Positions 43,214 through 47,600 of a stretch of 47,600 nucleotides of DNA are shown here, piece after piece. Source of the DNA: Azolla caroliniana (taxonomy: Eukaryota; Plantae; Polypodiophyta); NCBI GenBank assembly GCA_043228905.1, contig JBHGNT010000231.1, positions 1-47,600 on the forward strand, given 5' to 3'. Below the pieces are notes generated by a model, which saw only the letters and a list, made by a program, of their open reading frames with translations, was not told the DNA's origin and searched no databases. The translations under genes were made by a program, and so were the position numbers. Positions within the stretch are counted from its first letter, which is position 1; every line of letters starts with the position of its first letter.

Positions 43214-43640
43214 TGCCCCAAGAGTTGTCAGAACAATTCACCATAGTCTACTCACTGTGGGTGTATCTACACAAGCAAACTTCTAAGGTGTGGGACATCT
43301 TCGAATGTGTGTCTGAGTGCGATTTCGTCTTCATTCCGATTGTGGTATCATGCCATTGGGTGTTGTGGACAAAGTTGTGGCATAACCCACATGACATGGA
43401 CGCTACTAAGGTGACCAACATAGTGGTCTTTTGTGATCCACTCAATAATGAGACGACTGACATCGTAAAGAGTCTTGCAGTTATCACGATTTAGACAATA
43501 TGTAGTGAATTGGATGACCGTTGCATTGTGTTGGAGGGTTGACATCACGTAGTGCACATCCCAACATAGCCAAATCGTTGGGATTGTGGCTTTTACAAGA
43601 TAAAGACCATATAGATGTTGGTAGTGGAGTTTATTCTTGG
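43214..43640 (+). pseudogene. Ulp1-like (peptidase C48) SUMO-protease pseudogene, probably part of a decayed MULE/CACTA element
   Basis: In one frame: DFVFIPIVVSCHWVL...VFCDPLN...HIPT*PNRWDCGFY. This gives the His-Asp-(Gln, here TAG)-Cys catalytic order, with in-frame stops. The upstream part probably lies left of the Copia (<38498). Confidence 0.7.
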
Positions 43641-44270
43641 GTGGAACATATCCAGATTTTGTAAGTATGATTGGATTTGGGATGTGGATTTTATTGATCT
43701 TGGGTATTATACATATTTGGTTCCAAGGCATAGAGAATTGGTTCGGACACGAAGATGTGCAATGCCTTTGGCTCAATATCGCTTGGTGGGCACGAAGGGT
43801 TTTGGGATTTTCGTATTCGGGATCATCCAGGATGTTGTAAATTTTGTACCTTCGTTGCAATATTGCCTTACATTGTATATTGTAACATTTTGTATTTTGG
43901 ACATCACCCATACCTTATACAAGGAATCATTTTGTATATGGTTGTCCGCCATACATCGTATATCAAATACCCTTATTAATGGAATATCGTTCATTTTTTA
44001 TCTTGCCGGTCATATTCGATGTTTAATGGTGTATATGATAATTTGTCTGTATGATTGTAACATATTTTTTGAAACTTGGAAATACCCTCTCAATCTTCAA
44101 AGATATGTTGGACAATTATATGTGATGTTTTAAAGGTATATGATAATTTGTGTGGATAATAATGCGGAAACTTGGAATACGCGATGTGTATGATCATATT
44201 TGTTTCACCTTGGAATATTGCATCATACTTGCCCGCAATCATATTCGGTGTATTTTCAGGTGTACAATGC

Positions 44271-44368
44271 GGTCGCCCAACTAAATAATGAGGTTGCCCA
44301 ATTTAATAATGTTAGTCACCCAACTTAATAATGTTAATCGCCCAACTTAATTATGAGGTCGCCCAACC
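44271..44368. repeat. Five roughly 22-bp tandem units of GTCGCCCAACTTAATAATG
   Basis: Read directly from the sequence. Related CGCCCAAC units occur at 36709-36786. Confidence 0.85.
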
Positions 44369-46236
44369 GGCAAAGCCAACCACCTGTAATGATCGTTTCA
44401 TTAACAACAAAATTAACGGTCCAAATAACGATCAACTTAACTTGGAATTAGTCGTTCTAAACACATACTCGTTTTGATCTGCAATCACTCACAACCATTT
44501 TGATCACCGAGTAATCACATTGTGAACACAGGATATCGACATTTTATACACCAAATTAATTAAATTAATCAAATATCTTTCAGAAAAATAAACACAGCCA
44601 ACCAACTATCAAGCTTCGGTGTTCTACTCATTGGAATGAATCCCCACGAACCTAATATTATCAGCTTACTGTCCGATGTCAATTTAGATTAATCAGAATT
44701 TAGATTAATCAGAATTGAAATTTCATCCTCCTCCTCATGGTGGTGTGGATATGGTTCTAAGATTTTGAATAATGACAAAAGGCAAAAAAATAAATTACAA
44801 ACGCAATTATCAATCAATAAACGCAGGAGCGAGGAACTTAAATCAAAATTGAAATTTCAGTTCTTCACAGAAGACAGAAAACAGAGAGTGTGCCATCGAC
44901 GTCGTAGAGATGCTCCTGTAAGTTGTAACCGAGCACTGAATTTCGCCAGGTTTGATCCTTTTTCCTTTTCCGAGCTTTCAACTGTGCTTCTTATGGAGGG
45001 TTAGGTTACTGGCATGCTCAATCAACTGCGTTTCCTTTCTTTAGGGTTTTTCAATTGATGTTTTTTTCTCTAGGGTTATCTGCTTCGTGACAGAAAATAA
45101 AAACAAGGACACACTCTTTTCAATCGACCGTGTTTGTTAATATTTAGGGGTTTCAATCTGTATTTTTTTAGGGATCAGGGATTTCTGTATATAAGGCGCT
45201 CACAGATATTTTGGATAACCTTGTTTTTAAGGTTTAGGGGATCTTTGTCAACTGTGTGTTTTTTGGGTTTTTCTCTTCATTGAAGGAACAGAATTTTTTT
45301 TTGCTTTAACATGTTTTTTAGGGCATTTGGGATTTTGAATCAACTGTATTTTCTAAAGGTTTTCCTAAATGCTTTTGGAGACCTACATTACTTTGTAAGA
45401 AACCTATAAATAATCATAGAAAATTGTTTCTAGTCAAAATTGCCTATAAATGTTTTTGTTTTTCTAGCGAATTGGACTTTTCAGCTAAAATAGTTGAACA
45501 TTAGAAGACCCATACATGAAATAGATTTCACTGACATCAGGGCACAGGTGTTTGGTGAGCTGTGGTTTTAGGGTTTTTCGTCATAGAAGAAATAGTCAAG
45601 AAGTCAATCAGGTTCTTCCCATGAAAAACATGTCATTGGTCTGAAAGAACTTTAATGTTTGTGGTTTTGTTTTTTTATCTTCATATAAGATTTACATATA
45701 AACTCAGACATACTATTCCAACAAAGACATGGCAAGAAACTTTGTTTTCTAAGTTTTTGTCTATAGAAATATTCCGTTTAACTGTTTTTTTAGGATTTGA
45801 CATTTATGTTGTGATTTCAGAGCTCATAGAAGAAAAAGACAGGTATTCATTTGTGTTTGTCACCAAAATACATGGATATCTGTTGAGTTTTGAAACAAGA
45901 GGATTTATGGTTCAACATTTTTGAAACAGCTGTATTTTTAGGTTTTTAACTCATCAAAGGCACAAATGGGAATTCATTGAAACTCTTTTATAGAACATCA
46001 CACGTATTGTGAATCAACCGTGTTTCATGGGTTTTTTAATAAACTTTGTATTAAGATTCAAGTTTAGCAATTTGGAATAAACTTTGTTTCTTAGGGTTTT
46101 CAGTTTTGAATTAGCTTTGATCTTCTGGTTTTTGTTTCTTAATAGAAGACGCAGAAAAGGATTTGTTTAATGATCGTCCATCAAAAGCAGGGCAAATTTT
46201 CTTGGCAACAAAAATTTATCATATCAGCTATATAAA

Positions 46237-47570
46237 ATGCCGTTTATTCAGAATGCACATAAACCAGCAGCCAAGTTTGGGGTGCCTGATACTACAGATA
46301 CCCAAATATCAAATGTAGATGTACCATTTGTTTCAATGAAAAATTCCGCCACCTGGAAACAGAAAGCAACCTCATCCATTTGGGCTTCAAACAATCAAAG
46401 CAACAGCAATAACAAATCACCGTTCACGACGCCTCAACAAATGAATGGAAATACTATGGCACGGAAGACCTCACCTATCCATGGATCAGTTCATCCTCAG
46501 CATTCACCTCCGTTAAATATGCCAGATGCTGATTTTGGTCGAATTTCAAAGAGAAAAGAAGGTAATGTTGACACTCCTCAATTGTCACAACATTATTCTG
46601 TAGCATCTACATGGGGAATCCTCCAAAAGGGATCTCCTATTCCCGGTCAGAATGACCAGCCAACTGGTGATTTAAACCAAAACACTACGATATCTTCGCA
46701 AAAGAGATCCTCTGCTGGTGATCATAACAGCCAGTCAAGAAAGTTTCCTATTCTTGGTGCCAACGACTTAAACAAAAGACCAATGTTGTCGGCAGACGGA
46801 ACCCTCCAAAAAAGGTTTCCTGTTGTTGATAATAGTAGCCAACATCCTATTCGTAGTGGTGATGATGTGGCCCATAGAATAATATCATCGGCAAAGGCAT
46901 CAGCTTCCCAAGTCTCTACTTCACAAGCTCGCAGCAAGTCAAAACCGACTCGGGATCAAGCTTTAAAGCTATTTGCCTCAGACAAACCTACTAACGATAC
47001 TAATAATGAAAGGTAACCACCATTTTGCTGCTGGTAACTGGTGATAATACCATAATGGGGCAAAAAAGATGACAAATATTCACATGTTATTCTTCATCTG
47101 AATTGGATAGGGATGAAGTGGCAAGGGAAAGGCGCTTCCGAAGATTCAATGATGGCATGAACCAAAATGTGAAAACTTCTGGAATGGTTCATCAGCAAGA
47201 ACAGGAAAATGTACATGATAAATCTGTCAAGGGAGGCAACAGATTCCCTAGCCCAGAGAAAAGAGAGGCAGACCTTGACCAAACAGTAGAAATGGAAGAG
47301 CCAGATGGACTTGCTGAAAGGGATTGGCAATCTACAGAACCTATTCTCGGAGCTTGCCCAGATATGTGCGCAGGTACCATTGATGTCAATTTGGACTTAA
47401 TGATGTTTTTAGTTATTCTAGATTCCAGAAATTTTGGTGCTTGAACTTTCTATGTGCTCTTTCTTTTAGAGTCTGAGCGTCATGAAAGAGAGCGGAAAGG
47501 TGACTTGGATCGGTTGGAGCGACTAGATGGAGATCGGAATAAGACAAGCATAGATCTTGCTGTGAAAAAG
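46237..47570 (+). CDS. SAC3B: SAC3/GANP/THP3 family protein (SAC3B-like, TREX-2 mRNA export), 5' coding exons 46237-47012, 47111-47373 and 47470-47570; gene continues past the window
   Basis: GT-AG introns with consistent phases join to give ILGACPDMCAESERHERERKGDLDRLERLDGDRNKTSIDLAVKK, the conserved N-terminal motif of the plant SAC3B domain. The start codon is not certain. Confidence 0.85.
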
Positions 47571-47600
47571 GTTTGTGAAGCGTCCTATGTTAAGTGCTGA

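Noticed and set aside
43348-44133. 187-aa minus-strand and 172-aa plus-strand ORFs
   Set aside because: They have no recognisable motifs, lie in AT-rich decayed transposon DNA, and overlap the Ulp1 pseudogene or its tail.

Overview
This is eukaryotic land-plant genomic DNA, probably from a seed-free lineage, judging by the Tcn1-like and Phygy-like Gypsy elements. Bases 1-28.3 kb are a deep LTR-retrotransposon nest. It holds three copies and one LTR fragment of a tRNA-Trp-primed non-chromovirus Ty3/Gypsy family, two solo LTRs with 4-bp TSDs, a hAT-type MITE, a Tcn1-like chromovirus, a Ty1/Copia with an internal inversion, and an older chromovirus at the base. After an L1 remnant come a polycistronic array of seven U14 box C/D snoRNA copies (five in exact 400-bp units), a MITE, a decayed Ulp1-carrying DNA transposon split by a young Copia, and the 5' exons of a SAC3/GANP-family gene. 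Four observations stand out. (1) The TGTCG-ended Gypsy LTRs make 4-bp TSDs and sit at CpG-centred sites. (2) A conserved GGAUUUU-UAG slippery site plus a predicted pseudoknot places the -1 frameshift after the protease. (3) Two perfect telomere repeats lie at the Copia inversion breakpoint. (4) A SMART/PacBio amplification-adapter sequence is embedded at 39026-39049, so some local rearrangements may be library or assembly artefacts. I found no clearly new protein-coding system; the novel candidates are these element-level features.
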